DNA from: Geosiphon pyriformis uo1
Lineage: Eukaryota; Fungi; Glomeromycota
Reading direction: 5' to 3'
Assembly (NCBI GenBank): GCA_016748015.1
Contig: JAAOMT010000175.1
Coordinates: 36,610 to 100,609 of the forward strand
DNA length: 64,000 bases
Part shown: positions 36,791-51,500 of the stretch, piece by piece
How the letters are laid out: each line of letters begins with the position of its first letter
Numbering within the stretch: position 1 is the stretch's first letter
The notes under the pieces: generated by a model
Told to the model about the DNA's origin: nothing
The model's input: the letters and a program-made list of their open reading frames with translations, nothing else
Database searches by the model: none
Made by a program: the position numbers and the translations under genes

Positions 36791-37594
36791 GCATTTTTTT
36801 AATGCCATAAATTTTGTTGGTTGGAATTCCAAGTGTGCATTTGGTGTTGTATATAATACTCTGCATAATTTGTTTAATATGAGTAGGACATTTTGTGTGT
36901 GGTATTTTAATAGTTGGTTTCATGCTAGTTTTATCAACTTTGTTTTTATATTACTTTGATCTTACTTTATGAAGACTCTCTATTACTATTACTTATAGTC
37001 AAGAAAAAATGTTGATATGATTCAAGCTATTCTAATGTGCTGTGTATTTAATATGAATTGGTCAAAAACTTTAACTACACATTTTTTTGTGCTCATGATG
37101 CTGCCACTAAGGAGAATTTAATCTTGTTAACTATTAGAACTTGGATTGATTTGCTAGGTTTTAATGCTACTAACAGTATGATGATTTATTCTCTGTATAA
37201 GACTGGTTTTTCAGATCAATTGTATATGACACTTGCCAAGAGCTTTGTAATAAAAGTGTGGGTAACTGATACAATATGACTTATAGGTAGTGGTTCCAAT
37301 AGTGTTAGTTGTGTTATAAAGCTGGTATGGAGTTTTACCAAAAGTCACAGATCTATCATATGATTGCTGATTGCCAAATTGAGATTACATTATAAGAAAT
37401 GTGATCTGTTGTCATGTAATAGATCCAAGATACTAACAGTATTTGGGCTAGTTTTCTTTTGGTCTCATGATACAATTTTTAATTTTAGTATTAAGCTAAA
37501 TATTTATGTTTGTTTTGGTTTGTATCCTTATTTGACTAGTATTAGATTTGGCTTTCTGTATGACATTCTTGTAGTTGATAATTTTAGTGCTTAG
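36791..37594 (+). pseudogene. LINE copy 2 ORF2 C-terminus (Cys/zf region)
   Basis: AFFNAINFVGW...YFMKTL...VLCI...TFFC; homologous to minus-strand 43190-44620. Confidence 0.7.
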
Positions 37595-38130
37595 TGGTGT
37601 CTTAATTGGCCCAAGTGGTCAGTCACATGTGAAAAAATACATAAGCCATACTTAATATAGAAGCTTATATGTTTCTATAATCTTAGATAGTAGTTGGGCC
37701 TTACTTATTAATTATTTAATAATAAAAAAATGCTTTTTAATTATCATAGAAATAATTAAATAAAAAATAAAGTTTTAAATATTTATTATTGAAATAAGTT
37801 ACAATATTATTATGTTTTATATTATAGTAATTTTTGAAATATTGACAATTTTTTTTATAAAAAGCATTATTAATTGCTATTTATTTTTGTTTTTTGAATA
37901 AAAGTTCTAATATTGTAATAATTTAACAAATTTCTTAAAAAATGTGCTTATAGCAATAATATTAGATTTGGTTTTAACAAGTCTAAATTAAAATATAATA
38001 AAAGCTAATAACTATATATAAAAACAAACAAAATTAAAAAAAGTAAGTTTAATATAAATTAATTTAAATAAAAACTAAAAAAAAATTAATTTAATACATT
38101 TTAACTTTTTTTTTAATTACCAATTAATAT

Positions 38131-39060
38131 TGTTACAGGTGATTATTTGGGGTCTTAAGTCAAATAACAAATCTGTAACTTGGTGCTCAAAAGCTATTTT
38201 GCATTGTTGATGATCTGAAGGTTTTGTATCTAAAGGTTTTGTTGAAGTCCTTTGTATAATGAACAGAGATTCAATAGTTGTTTTATCCATAGCTTCTCAG
38301 ACTTGCAAGTCTGTCAATTCTTTTCTCGGCTTGGTGGCTGGCAATCCTCTGGTAAGTAATTCGTATCTTCTGTACGTGTTCTACCCACTTGCAAGGGTCT
38401 TTTACCAGGCAATTCTTGACGTTAGTAATCAGCACTTTTAATCAATTGGTTAGTGCACAATAACAAAATCACAGAAAATAAAGAAAATAAAAAAATATAA
38501 AAAAAAAAAAGAAATAAGCCAAGGCAATTTGCAAGTTAGTATTCTATCAATAGCCATAATTAAGAGCTATTGTTCCAATATAGTTAAGTATCAGTTACTA
38601 TTAACACTTCATGTTGATAGTAAAAAATGAATTTGATATAGTGAATAATTATTTATTTGAGGATTGTGGTAACTAAGCTAAGAATTCTTGGTGTTGATTC
38701 TTTTTTTTTTTTTTTGTAATTTTAATAATTATGATTTTGCAAGTCTAATTGATTTTATGAGTCTAATTGACTCCACAAATCAATTGACTCTAAGTCCCAT
38801 TGACTAATTTTCTAACTTCTGATACTACTGCTATATATACATATTTGAGATTCCTCAATTCTTCAATTTTTTATGTCAGGAATCCTGGAATTTCTGGAAT
38901 TTTGCAATTCCTTTGAGAGGAATTCTAGAATTCTGGAATTTTGCGATTCCTCATGTGAGAATCCTGCAATTCTTGGAATCCTGGAATTCCACATTTACTA
39001 TATCTATCTATGATTGGCTAATTTATATGCTAATATACTTTCTATATTTTATGAGTAACA
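38131..39060 (-). mobile_element. Solo LTR D (A/F-related family)
   Basis: TGTTAC...GTAACA; TSD ATAT/ACAT; termini match A LTR; GGAATTC(C)-type U3 repeats. Confidence 0.9.
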
Positions 39061-40793
39061 ACATTTAATACATAATATTTGTTCTTATATAAAGAAAAAT
39101 TTCGAATAAATGTTTGATAAAATTATTTTTTGCTCTTTTATAAATTGTTTTTATATAAAAAAAATTGTTAATTAATTAATTAGTTCTATAAAAAATGTTC
39201 TTTGTAAAAAGTTGTTCTTTTATTAAAAAATTTTTATAAAGATCTAATTATAATAGTTAATTTAAATTTAATTTTAATAATAAAAACAAAATTTTATTAA
39301 ATTCTAAAATAAATACTTTTAAAATAAAAATAAATAAATATTAACTATAATATTATAAAATACAAAAATATCTTTTTTATTTTTTATTTAAATTAAGTTA
39401 ATTTGCTTTTGTAATTATTAAAAAACGTTAAAAATTATTCTTAAAAAATTATATGTTTTAAAAGCTAATAACTTGGATAATTGATTATAAAAAAAATTTA
39501 ATATATTAATTTAAATAATTTAAAAGATAATAAAAACATAGACAATATAATATTATGTTATATTTGAATTATTACTTTTAATTTATTAAAATTATTATAT
39601 TTATTTATAATTAATTATATAAGTAATGATAATATTAAAAAAAAAATTTACCAATTTTTGGTATAATAAATACCAAAATTTTTTTGTTAATTAAAAAAAA
39701 AGAGTTTTTGGTTTTATTAAATTGTTTGTTTTGAATATAAACATATTAGCTATTTTTGAAAAAATCTAAATAATAAATTAAAAATTATTAAGAAATTATT
39801 TATTAAATAAATTGTTTTAAAAAAACTTTAATTTTTTTATGATTTTATAAAATAATTTAATTTATATTTACTTTTAAATCTAGTTTTAATTAGACTAAAA
39901 AATTAATTATTAATAAAAAAATCTTAATGAATACTAATCTAAAACAGATTAATAATAGATTAAATTAAGAAGTAATTATTAAAAAAATCTCTGTTAATCT
40001 TCTTAAATTAATATTAAAATTAGTATTTATTAAATTTAATAAGATAAAAACAATTAAAATACAACTAATTGGTCTTTAACAAAAAGTATTAATAAAATTT
40101 AAGAGTGTTAATATTACTACCTTAATAGTTTTTAAATAATTATAAAAATTTTGTACATGTTACTAAAATTAATATAAACAAATAAATATAGAATTTAAAA
40201 AACTAATATTATGCTTTTTTATATATGCTTTTAATATATACTATAGTTTATATTTTTTTAAATCTAGTAATATCATATAATAAAAAAACTTGTATTATAA
40301 TATGTAATTTAATTACATATATATAAGCTTATTGTACTATAATATGTTTTAATTTGACTGTTATTAAAGATGTTATTATTTATTTAATTTTAATTTACAA
40401 AAATATAAGCTTATATTGAACTGGATTTATATATTTTTCTAATTTAAACAGATAGTATTTTATATATATATATACAAAAAAACAAGTTTCTGTTTTTTGT
40501 CCAGTTTTTTTAATAGTAAAACTTGAATTTTAATAGTCAATAATACAAATTTTAATTTTTTTTATAATTTATATTATAACAAAAGACTTATTTAATGTTT
40601 TAAATTATAATTTTATGGCTTTGGCTTTAAATTCATATCTAAATGTTTTAAAACATTTTTTAGAACTTTTGATTAACTGAATTTTCAAAATTATATACAA
40701 GTTAAATTTTTTTTATTTATCTTTATATTTGACAAACATTAAAAAAAATATTTTTTAATATAATATACTACTTTTATATATAACTATTAATAT

Positions 40794-41627
40794 TATTACA
40801 GATAGATTCTTGAAATAATAAAGTTTTTTTTGTAATTTAGTGTTTAAGTTGATTACTGCTGTAATTTAAAAGTTTTAGTAATAAAATTTTTTATATAATA
40901 GACAAAAATTTACTGTAAAAATAGATAATACTTAATAATTAATTTATTCTGATGTTTATATTTTTTTGGTAAACATTTCTAGTTCTTATAATTATATTTA
41001 CACTCTTTTTGGTATTTTTTATCAAGCAATTCTTAATGTTATAATTTCAGTATTTTTATTTTTAATTAATTAATAAAACAAAAAAAAACAAATAAAAACA
41101 TAATAATAAAATTAGAAATTAATATTTTATTAATAATTATAATTAAAAACTATTATTCTAATATTATTAAGTTAATGTTATTAATACTAATAGCATTAAT
41201 ATAAATAAAATTTAATTTTAATAAATCAAGTTTGAATTTATAAATTAATGAATTTAGACATAATTAATTAATATATTTATTAAAATAATTATAATTTAAT
41301 CTAAAATAATAATAAAAGACTAGATTGGTCTTTAAATAAACTTATTTGTTTTTAAAATAGTCTGTTTTTTTGGTTTTTAATATTTTTGCTATATATATAT
41401 AAATTTTTATTATTTAAGATTTCTGAAATTTCTACAATTTTTTTGAATTATTGCTGAAATTTTGGTATTTTTGCTGATATTTTTAGAATTTTTAAAATTT
41501 TTAGAATTTTTGAAATTTCTACTGGTATTTTTAAAATTTTTGATATTATATATTTTAATAATTTTTTACTTTAGTATTGGTTATTTATACTATTATTATT
41601 ATTATTTTGTTTTTTATATAAATAACA
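40794..41627 (-). mobile_element. Ancient solo LTR H (A/D-related)
   Basis: TATTAC...ATAACA; TSD ATAT/ATAT; TGTAATTTAGTGTTTA = decayed TGTAACTTGGTGCTCA. Confidence 0.7.
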
Positions 41628-41714
41628 ATATTTTTTTAACAAAACTTTTAGCTGTATTTAATATAATAAACAAGTTTTTTCTATTGTTTATAAGTAGTTT
41701 AAAAGTTTTAATAC

Positions 41715-42710
41715 TATTACTTAAGTAGAAAACTGATCAAAAATTATCGAAAAAACATAATTATTATATAAAAATACAAAATAATATAAAATAATATGAA
41801 ATAACATAAAATTATATGAAATAACAAAAAATAATACAAAATCACATACAATAATATAAAAAAACACAAAATAATTAGCAATAACATAAGATAATTAATT
41901 ATAACATAAAAAATAAAACAATAACTAACAATGTAAACAATAATTAATAATAACAAATAATTAAAAACAATCTTATAAAATTAAAAAATATGTATAAAAA
42001 TAAATAGTTTTAAAGATAAAAAAAAACAAAATCAAATTTATTTTAAATAATATTCTTAGTTTTCAGAATAATTTTTTATTTTATTATCTTTTATATTTTT
42101 ATCAATTAAAATAAAATATTATTATTTAATTTATAATTTTATAAATTTGAAATTTACTTTATTTACTTTTGTGTTAAGTCAAATACAAATAAACATAATA
42201 TTTTTAAAACTTTAAAATAACAAATTAGACTAATTATTCTTAATTACAGTAATTAACAAGATATTAATTTTTTTTTAGGTTTTTTTTTTATTACTTTTTT
42301 TTTTAAGAAATAATAACATTAAAAATAAACTGTTTTAGAATTAAATTTTATAATAGCCTGGTAAAAAAAAAGAAGCTTTTTTTAGAATTAGATATTAACT
42401 TTATTTTGTTAATTTACCAAAAAAACAAAAAGACAATACCAAATTTTAGCTTTTATAATTAACTAGCATAAAGTAAAACAGACTTATATTAACACAATTA
42501 TTAAAACAATATTTTTGTATTTTATAACCAAAAAACTTAACAAATAAAACTTTAAACAATAAAACTTTCAAAGACTGATTAATAAATTAAAACCAAACAT
42601 ATTGCCACTAAAAACTTTTAAACAATATTTTAACTTACTAAATAAGCTCTTATTACTAAATTATAAGCATTAAATATTATAATACTATACTATCAAATTT
42701 ATTTATAACA
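41715..42710 (+). mobile_element. Ancient solo LTR (family G)
   Basis: TATTACTTAAGTAGAAAA start and internal similarity to 47480-48452; flanks ATAC/ATAG. Confidence 0.78.
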
Positions 42711-43059
42711 ATAGTTAAAATTGGTAGTCTAAAAATTAAATTTTTGGTTTTAAAAAAGTCATTAAAACAGTTTTAAACAAACTTATTTTTTTTGTTTAGA
42801 TAATAGTATAATATTTTATTTTTAATAAGTAGTTTAATCTGAAAAATAACTACTATAATATAAAAAACATAAATATTTTTGTCAAGCAGAAAAATATTAT
42901 TAAATAGCATAAAAGTTTGAATAATAATATTTTAATTATAACTGAAACTAAGTTTTATTCAAGTGTAAATTAATTTATTACAAATAAAATTTAATAAAAT
43001 ATAAGTTTTTATTTTAAGATTAGATTTAAACTTTTTAAATACAGATATTGTAATAATTA

Positions 43060-44624
43060 TTTTTTTTTTATCATTTTACAAATAAAGCTCAAATGTTATC
43101 TAGCACAATACATCAAACTAAATAATCTAAACTAAGTGCAAATCATGTATTTTTTATATGTGACCAGCTATTTGGGTCAATTAAAACAATATTATAAATT
43201 TATTTTGACAAAAACCATACAATTAGTACCAAAAAAAACTGCAAAGCTTACAAAAACCAAAATTAATGCTATATGTCTTTGCAATCTCAAGCAACTTGAC
43301 AATACTAACAGAAAACAAAGACAAAAGATCACAAATATCATAAAACACAGAACTATTATTTGCAATTAAATTTTTTTTCTCCATAAATACTTTATACTTA
43401 GTCCTTATTAACTACATATTAACTTGATGAGCCATTTCCAAGCTTTATACCAACTTGAAAATTTTCTTGCTGAAAGTTTTGGCACAGCCAAAAATAGAAA
43501 CATTCTCTAAACACAAAGTCTTTACACAATACAATATACACAGTATTGTTAGATGTACATACTAAAAGCAATTGTAAAACACAAAACAATGATAAATTTA
43601 AGTCTAATACAGAACTTTACTAAACAAAACATAAATCAAGTAGTTTTTTGCAAACACCAGTGTCTATTATACATTGTTATAGGATGGTTTTCTTGGTATA
43701 TTTAATTGCCAATATCCCATTTTAATTGCAATCAGTTTTTTGTGAGTTCCTCAATTCTATTTGTGTGATAATATTACTGTTATACTAAAGGCTTTCTCTT
43801 TAATGTCACAATGTAAGTTATTTCTCAATTCCTGATTGTTGTATGTGTTTATGTACTCCTTCCCAGAGGCTAAACTGAAATCTACTCACTGTTTAGGGTC
43901 TTTTTTGAGGCTATCTTTGCAATTGCCTGATGTGTTTCTCTAATCTAGAAACACAGAATGTTAATAATCTTTAGTGCTTTTCTTAATTCTTACAATAAAG
44001 CTTTTATCAATTAGTAACAATGTGAATAATCTTGATCAAGGATTATTCTTCCAAGGGATTCAGTTGATAATGATAGTTTTATTCAATAAATAATACAAGT
44101 AAGTTTCTTAACACTTTGGGTTGTGATAATTTAGTTTTAAATATTTTTTTCATTTCTTTTTGATTTAAAAATTTTTTGGAATATTTTATTTAAAAGTACA
44201 ATTTAAAGTAGAGTTTGTTGGATAAATTGGATCTATTGCTTGATAAGTTATGATTTTTATTACTTTCTTGACTTTTCTTAATATTAAAGCTATTGTATAT
44301 ATATATGTTTGTAGTTCTATGAAAAAACACATTGTAATACTTTCTTTTTAATATTTCAACCTGGTGTTTGCTGCTATCACCAGTTGGTGTTGACTGCTAT
44401 TGTGAACTGGTACTTGTCACTATTACAAGATGGTGTTTTGCTATTATGTTAATCATTATCTTTCTAAAATTATTATTACACTATATTATGATTGAATAGT
44501 TTATATTATTTTTATGATTCTTTTGCTAAATTCTTAAACTGTAACAACATATAAAAAAATAATCAAAAAGCTTAATTTCCTCACAATATAAACACAATAC
44601 ACTGGAATACTTTTTATTATATAA
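43060..44624 (-). mobile_element. LINE copy 4, 3' end with poly(A), split by solo LTR E1
   Basis: poly-T 43060-43069; 3' UTR resembles reverse complement of 37600-37705; LYNKKYSSVLCLYCEE...FFIC. Confidence 0.75.
43675..44546 (-). mobile_element. Solo LTR E1
   Basis: Perfect TSD ACAT; reverse complement of 52961-53834. Confidence 0.93.
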
Positions 44625-47479
44625 GTGAATCTAGTATAGATGATTTCCATGAGTTATTGGAAAATAGCTGAAGTATTTATTAAGCTAAATGGCATTACAT
44701 TAAATTTAAAGTTTTCTTCTCTGATTGTAAATGCTGTTTTTTCTTTGTCAGTTGGGTTTATAGCTACTTGCCAATAACTACTGTTTAGATTCAATATTAA
44801 AAACTATTTTTTTTTTCCAAATACATCAAATAATTTTTGGATCCATGAAGTTAGATAACTATCTTCATAAGTAATATTGTTGAGCTTTTTATAATCTACA
44901 CAAAAGTGGATCTTTCTATTTTTCTTCTGGACTAGTACTATTGGTAATGACTATAGACTCATTGATAATTGAATTAATCTATTGTTTAATATCTGGTTAA
45001 TTTCTTGTTGGATGATCTTATAACTTGCTGGTAGTACTCTATATGTTTATTGTTTTATTATTATTGCATATTCTGTTTTGATTTGGTGTTAGATGATATC
45101 AGTTCTATCAAATTCATTTTCATTAGCAAAAATGTTAGTAAAATTGTTGAGTAATATTTTAAGTTGCATATATTGAAGTGGGTCTAAGTTTCCCAAGTTC
45201 ATTTGTTCCAATTGTTCTGGTTGGAGCAAATAATATTCTTCTTGTCTATATATTGTTTGTAATATGATATTCACATATTCACAAAGCTATGAAAAATCTG
45301 GAATAATGTTTGGTGGTTGGTCTTTAACTTTAATGCTTAAATATCTGATGGTAGTTCTATTTGGTATTTTGATAATATCTTTAGTTATATTGTATATGAA
45401 AATTTTGATGTGTTTATATTTCTTGGCTAATATGTAGAGATTAGTAATTTCAATCTTTCCTAATTCACAAATGGTTGGTTCTACTTCAAAAATCTGGAGC
45501 TGGTCTCTTATTTTTTTTTTATTACTAATATATATTGATTATATGATGAGATAGAAACTAATTAATTGGTGGAAATAATTTCTCTTTTATCAATGATTTC
45601 TTCCTCTATCATATTGACTGGTACATTTATTCTACTTGTGAATTCAAATCTATTTTTCTCTCTTGTAGTTATCCCTAATTTTTTTTTGTTTTTACTAATA
45701 CTAAATGAGCTATTTTGACCAAAGATATGAATATTGTCTGTACTATCTTTTTATTTGGTTTAATTATATATGGTTTTTCTAATTTATTTTGTAGTATTGC
45801 ATTGATATTTCTTACATATCCTGTGTTAATTATTCTTTTTCTAATACTGATTTTTTTTTTGCTAAACTAGATCTAAATATTAATTAAATTATTATTGTAA
45901 CTGGAATTTCTAATGCTATTTTTAATTAATACAAATGTACATATTGAGCTTCAATGTTATGGCATATTTTCTTGAATATCTTAGATCAAATCTTGCATTA
46001 GTATTATGCATGTATTCTGGCATGATATTTTTATTATTATTACTAAACTATCTTAGTTCTTGCTCTATAGATAAATTTGGAAGCACAATATATTATTCGG
46101 AGTTGTAATTAAAGTTTAAATTGTTATTGTTATTGCCATAGTAAATGGTATTAGAATTATTGTTGTTGTTATTATCAAAGTCTGAATTGGAATTGAATTT
46201 TAATTCCAATTTTGTTGTGTATTCACTAATTGGTTTTTCTTCTTCAGGAATTGAGTAGATTATTTGTGGTGGTAGATTGTAAATAAAATCACACTTATTA
46301 CAATATTTGAAGTTATATAATATTAAATAATAGTTACATAGTTAGGTGTTTAATTCTTTTGATTATTGCTTTTGCTCTTTTTTAGTAGGTGCTAATTTCT
46401 GGTAATATTTGTAGAATTGTTCCAGATTTATAATGTTAAGGATAATATTGGGGTTTGAAATTCAAATAGTTTCTTTGAATTCTGATGAGTTGTTTTTAAT
46501 TGTTTTTATTTTTTCTAGAGACATGTCTTTGATTTTGGTAATTGCTATTCTTCAGATTTTGTCATCATTGTGTGGACAACTGTTCAAACATTTTACAGCT
46601 CTTTTCCAAACAATGTCTATTGGCATTTTTTTTATCTAATCACTTATAAGAATTGTGTATTGACATAAGTTGTTATATGTTCCTTTATAACTAAAAATAT
46701 TATTCCATATTTTTTTGTGTAGAAAAGTTTCTCCACAAACAAGGCATGGTTTGTTGTCTCATTTTTTTGGTCTTTTTGGTCATCCAAAGCATTCAAGAAC
46801 ACATAAGTAACAGTAGTACTTGGTTGCCATTGGCCATTTCTTATTGTTACTACAACATACATTTATTGTTAACAATTTCTTGCCACAATTAACACAGATT
46901 AGCTTGGATTGATAATAAGTTGACTGGCTTTGATTGGTGGTAATGTAAGGGATATATGTAGAGGTAGTTGTTTAAAACATTTTTTTTCTCTTTCTTTTTC
47001 TTTTCTTCCTATGTGAGTACTGGTAACAAGCTGTTATGGTTGTCATTAGCCCAAAAGGCTTGATAAGCCTTCCAGATAGATTTTTTTTTTCCTTCAATTC
47101 AATTATTGATTGTGATTGGGTAGTTTGTAATTTGAAATGACTGCAAGTAGCAAGTACTTGCATGTGTTGTTTATTTTGACTGAATTGTAGTTCTTAAGTA
47201 ATTTAGTCAAGCACAGTACTGGTTTTTAACAGCCAGTCATTATCAACTAATGCTTGATACTATGTGGCTTCTATAATAAGAATCTTGATTAATGTAATAA
47301 TGCTGTTAATTTTAAATGGGAAGTTGTCAATTTTGCCAATTAGAGTTTTTGTTGCTTCATCCATGGTGATAATTCTAACATTGGCAGCATGATCAACTCA
47401 GTGACCTAATTGGTCCATGAGTTGTCATGTAATAATATTGTCTGCTAACTTACTATCAAGGATTAGCTTGATAAAGTGA

Positions 47480-48452
47480 TATTACCTGAGTAGAAAAACC
47501 AATCTAATATTATAAAAAAAACATGACCAAAAACATGATAACATAAAATAACACAAAATAATGTAAAAGAATACAGAATAACATATAATAATTCAGGATA
47601 ACATAATACAAAACTTAATAAGATGTTATAATATAAAATAACTTAAAACATAAGATAACTAGTAATAATATAGAAAAACAAAGCAAGAACAGAAATAGTA
47701 AAGCAATAACTAACAAGAATAAAACAATTAAAAAACAATTCTATAGAACCAAGAAAAATATATAAAAATAAGTAGTTGTAGAAGTTAGAAAGACAGCCAG
47801 ACAAGAATTAATTTTCTTTCCATATAGCTATTATATCTTATAAAAATTAAAAGACTTATTTAAAACTTAAAATAATCAATATATGGTTATTTATTATTCC
47901 ATATTTCTCTTAAACTAATTTCTGTTTTGTACTTTCATTTTGGAACAAATATTTTTAGCATAAATACTTCGAAACATTAACAACTTAAACCAATTACTCT
48001 TGATCATAGTAATTGACAATACTAATTTATCTTCTTTTATTTTTATTTTTTTTCTTTTATTCTCTCTTGTGAAGCAGCAACATAAAAAAATTGACTGTTT
48101 GGAAATAGATTTTATGATAGCCTGATAAAAAAAAGAAGCTTTTCTTAAGTTTAGATATTAACATTATCTTAGTAGCTTATTAAAAAGGCAAAAAAACACT
48201 GCTAAATCTTAATGATTGTGCATATTAGCTCAAAAAAGGTAGCTCATATTTACAATAAAAGTTGCAAAACATGAAAGTAAAAACTCTGTGTCTTATAACC
48301 AAAAAATTTTATAGATAAATACATATTTAAAAAAAGACCTTCAGAGACTGATAATAAGAATCAGCTGTACTACAAAGACTATTCAAAGCTTTTATTATTC
48401 GAATTAGAGCACTAAACATTATTACCATATCTTATCAAGTTTACCTGTAACA
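47480..48452 (+). repeat. 5' LTR of G
   Basis: Direct repeat of 58371-59356. Confidence 0.92.
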
Positions 48453-48514
48453 TTTGATGCTTTCTATGAGGTTATAAAAACCACAGAGACAGAACACCTC
48501 AGAAATTCACAAAA

Positions 48515-51500
48515 GTAGTGACTATTAGAACAGTAAAAAAAGATCACTTACCATATAAAAAAGCATTATTTTAATATTTTAGGAAAGATTTAAGAATATC
48601 ACTCAAAGCTGTTACAGCTAAAAATAATTTTTGTTAATATCTACATGCAAAAATTAACTGTCTGCTAAGCCAAGCAACAGATATAAGAAGAATCAGAAAA
48701 CAGATATATCAAAAATTATTGCCATATTCAACAGAAACCACCACCTGAGCTATAGCTAAGACTTTTTGTATAATTAACAAAAAAATCAAAGAATACATAA
48801 CACAACAGTATTCTCAAGTAAAAGAAAGACAAATAGCAAAACCTAATTTCACAGAATTTAAATTTAAATCTGAAAATACAACAGCTGCACAAAAAAAAGC
48901 CTGATCCATAGTCAACAAAAAATCAAGATTTCTTTTACCAATTATTCTGTCATATTATTAGACACTAAAAAGTAGAATCCTATTTAACCAATTCATGAAA
49001 ACACAAACAAAAACTTCAAGAACTCTCAAAATCCTATACTTCTGGGACTATAACAATAATCTTTGGACAAAATCTTTAGAAGAATATGAATCATTATTTC
49101 AGAATCTTACTTCAACAGCCAACCAACTCAGTAGAAGCATATCCTCTTAGACATTACCATTAATACAGTCCCTAGCAGAGTTAGCAATTATTTCTACAGA
49201 AAAAACAATCATCTTGCCACTTATTGGTCTTAACAAAAAGAAACAACCAATATTAGCATTTGAAAAACAATATAGTATACCACCATTAAATCTCTCATCA
49301 TTAGTAAGTCAATTATCTCTTGTTTTTTAGATAATAACTTACCAAAATATTGCTAGATTGGAGAAATTCTCCAGTAAAGAAGATAATACATATATCTAGA
49401 TAACAAAAACTAAAAAAGCAATTATTGCCAATAATTGGAATAATGACAAAACAATTTAAGCACTGTTTTTCTTCTTAATGAAAACTGCAAACTCATGGTA
49501 CTAAAGTCTCAAAAAAAAACCTACCACCTTTACTGTCTTTAAACAGGCCTTTTTATAATACTTTTGTAATTTTAACATATTTATCTGGCTACAAAATCAG
49601 TTCAACAATAAAACAAAAAAATTACAAAGCAATGACTACTTATTTTGAACAATTTAATCAAGTTTTTTGACAGATACTAGCAATTGAGAAGAATTACTAT
49701 ACTATAACACAAGTTTTTAATTAATTTGTCAAAAAATTAAAGAGCAGCATTCTATGATCCATGAAACCTCATTATTTGACAAACCTACAAGAAGCAGTCA
49801 CTCTTGCTCATGATTTTAAGTTGGCAGAACAAAAAGCTAATCATATTTAAGTCATTAACTTGGCCATCAATAAAATCTCAGATATTAACACTAAAATAAT
49901 CCAATTAAGTAAGACATTAACTCAAAAAATTAAAAGATTCTTAGTTAGTACTACTGGAACTTATCAGCCACTTCAACAAAAAGACAACAACAACAACAGA
50001 TACCAACAGCAATAGAATTATTAACAACAACAACTCTGGAGATCAGACCTCCATAATTGTTATTACTGTTAGAAACTTAGCCATATTGTTTAGAAGTGCT
50101 AAAAAAAAATAGCAGATCAAAACAAAAGCAACTACTATTAACAACAACTGAAATATTTTCAAACTATAGGAGCTTAATATTTTACTTCTTAATACCAACC
50201 AAGCCAGTATTTTAAGCAACTGCTCTAAAATTAGTATTTACTACTATAAATATTGGCTCAAACAGTGTTTTAATACTAAAATCTCATATATAGCTAGTCT
50301 AGATCTTACATAATTGATTATAACCAGGGATGACAAAACAATAATAGAAACCAAACACAACTTTTAAATAGACTATTCTAACCAAACAATCATGGCAATA
50401 TCTCATTATGACCAATACTAATTAAATATTCCAATTAGATTTCATACCATGGCTTTATTAAAACTCTGAATTTTAGTAATATTACATTTTTAGAAGAAAA
50501 AAATATAAGAAAAACTCTTAATTCTTTGACTTTAAACCAAATTAACAATATAATTCCACCTGCTACTATTATAGAAGACACTACTCTGGCTGCTATCTTC
50601 TCTTTTGACATTGATAATTTGAACACAACTAGTCTGTTTAGTGGAGCTGCCATTAATTAGAACAAACTAATCACAGCAATATATACTAATACTTAAATTA
50701 GAAACATAAACATTAAATTAATTCTCAACAGTAGATTAGCAGGTAGTATAATTATGAAACAACTTATAAATTAATTAGGTTACTAAGTAGATTGTGCTAC
50801 CACTGCCTAAATCATTACTGCAGATAATAATACCAAGACTCTAATCAGAGAAATTAATAATTTTTTATTCAAAATTAGTGGAATTTAAATTCTTACCAAG
50901 GTGCTTATCATAAAAGCCACACAATATTAGACTTTTATAGAAAACAATTGGCTAATAAAAACCAATACTACTTTAGGCTGGAATACATAAGAGCTCCAAA
51001 TTACTTTTAAAAAACAACATGCTTGAATATCTACAATGTGCAAATATTTCTAAAGAGCAATTCCAAAACAACTTTTAATTGAATTTAACAAACTGATTTC
51101 CTAATCAATCTTAGAAACATACCAGATTTCTTGGGCAAATAATTTCTGAACAGAGCTACCACCACCTTTTACTTGAGAAAAAAAAGAAAAAAAAAGAGCT
51201 GATAAGAAACATTAGGTTTTACTATCAATGTATCAAACACTACAAACAAAAAATTAACCATACTAATCTCTGAAATTAATCTGTATTGATTGTGGAAAGA
51301 AATTATTTTTGATGGATGCATGCATTAAAAATAATAAAAAATAGCCAACCACTACCAGATATTATTGCAAATCTTGCATATTAAAAGATTTGGAGATCTG
51401 AAATAATAAAGTAAATAGAACTATATGCTATGCCTTGCATATGACAAAGTCCTACCAGATAAAAAATTGTGAAATAATGTCTTTGGTAGAAGAAAAACAT

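Larger units (their letters stand above)
3880..37730 (+). mobile_element. LINE copy 2, split by elements A and C (pieces 3880-3928, 21609-~26910, 36791-37730)
   Basis: Joined flanks of A resemble the LINE copy 1 5' UTR; ORF1, APE, RT and C-terminal Cys remnants in order; A-rich tail near 37720. Confidence 0.8.
39280..43059 (+). mobile_element. Heavily decayed LINE copy 3 (ORF1 and APE start), split by two solo LTRs
   Basis: IIKKISV...IKIQLIGL*QK (39970-40085), KKTCII (~40285), SSLKVLI|VKIGSL, LI*KIT...ITETK (42830-42950); 5' end approximate. Confidence 0.7.

Noticed and set aside
41462-41956. Hydrophobic ORFs that look like membrane proteins
   Set aside because: Low-complexity translations of decayed AT-rich LTR repeats
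44615-44640. F and the 63900 fragment both break within 2-3 codons of the same RT position
   Set aside because: Only two cases, different partner sequences and no shared junction motif; probably coincidence
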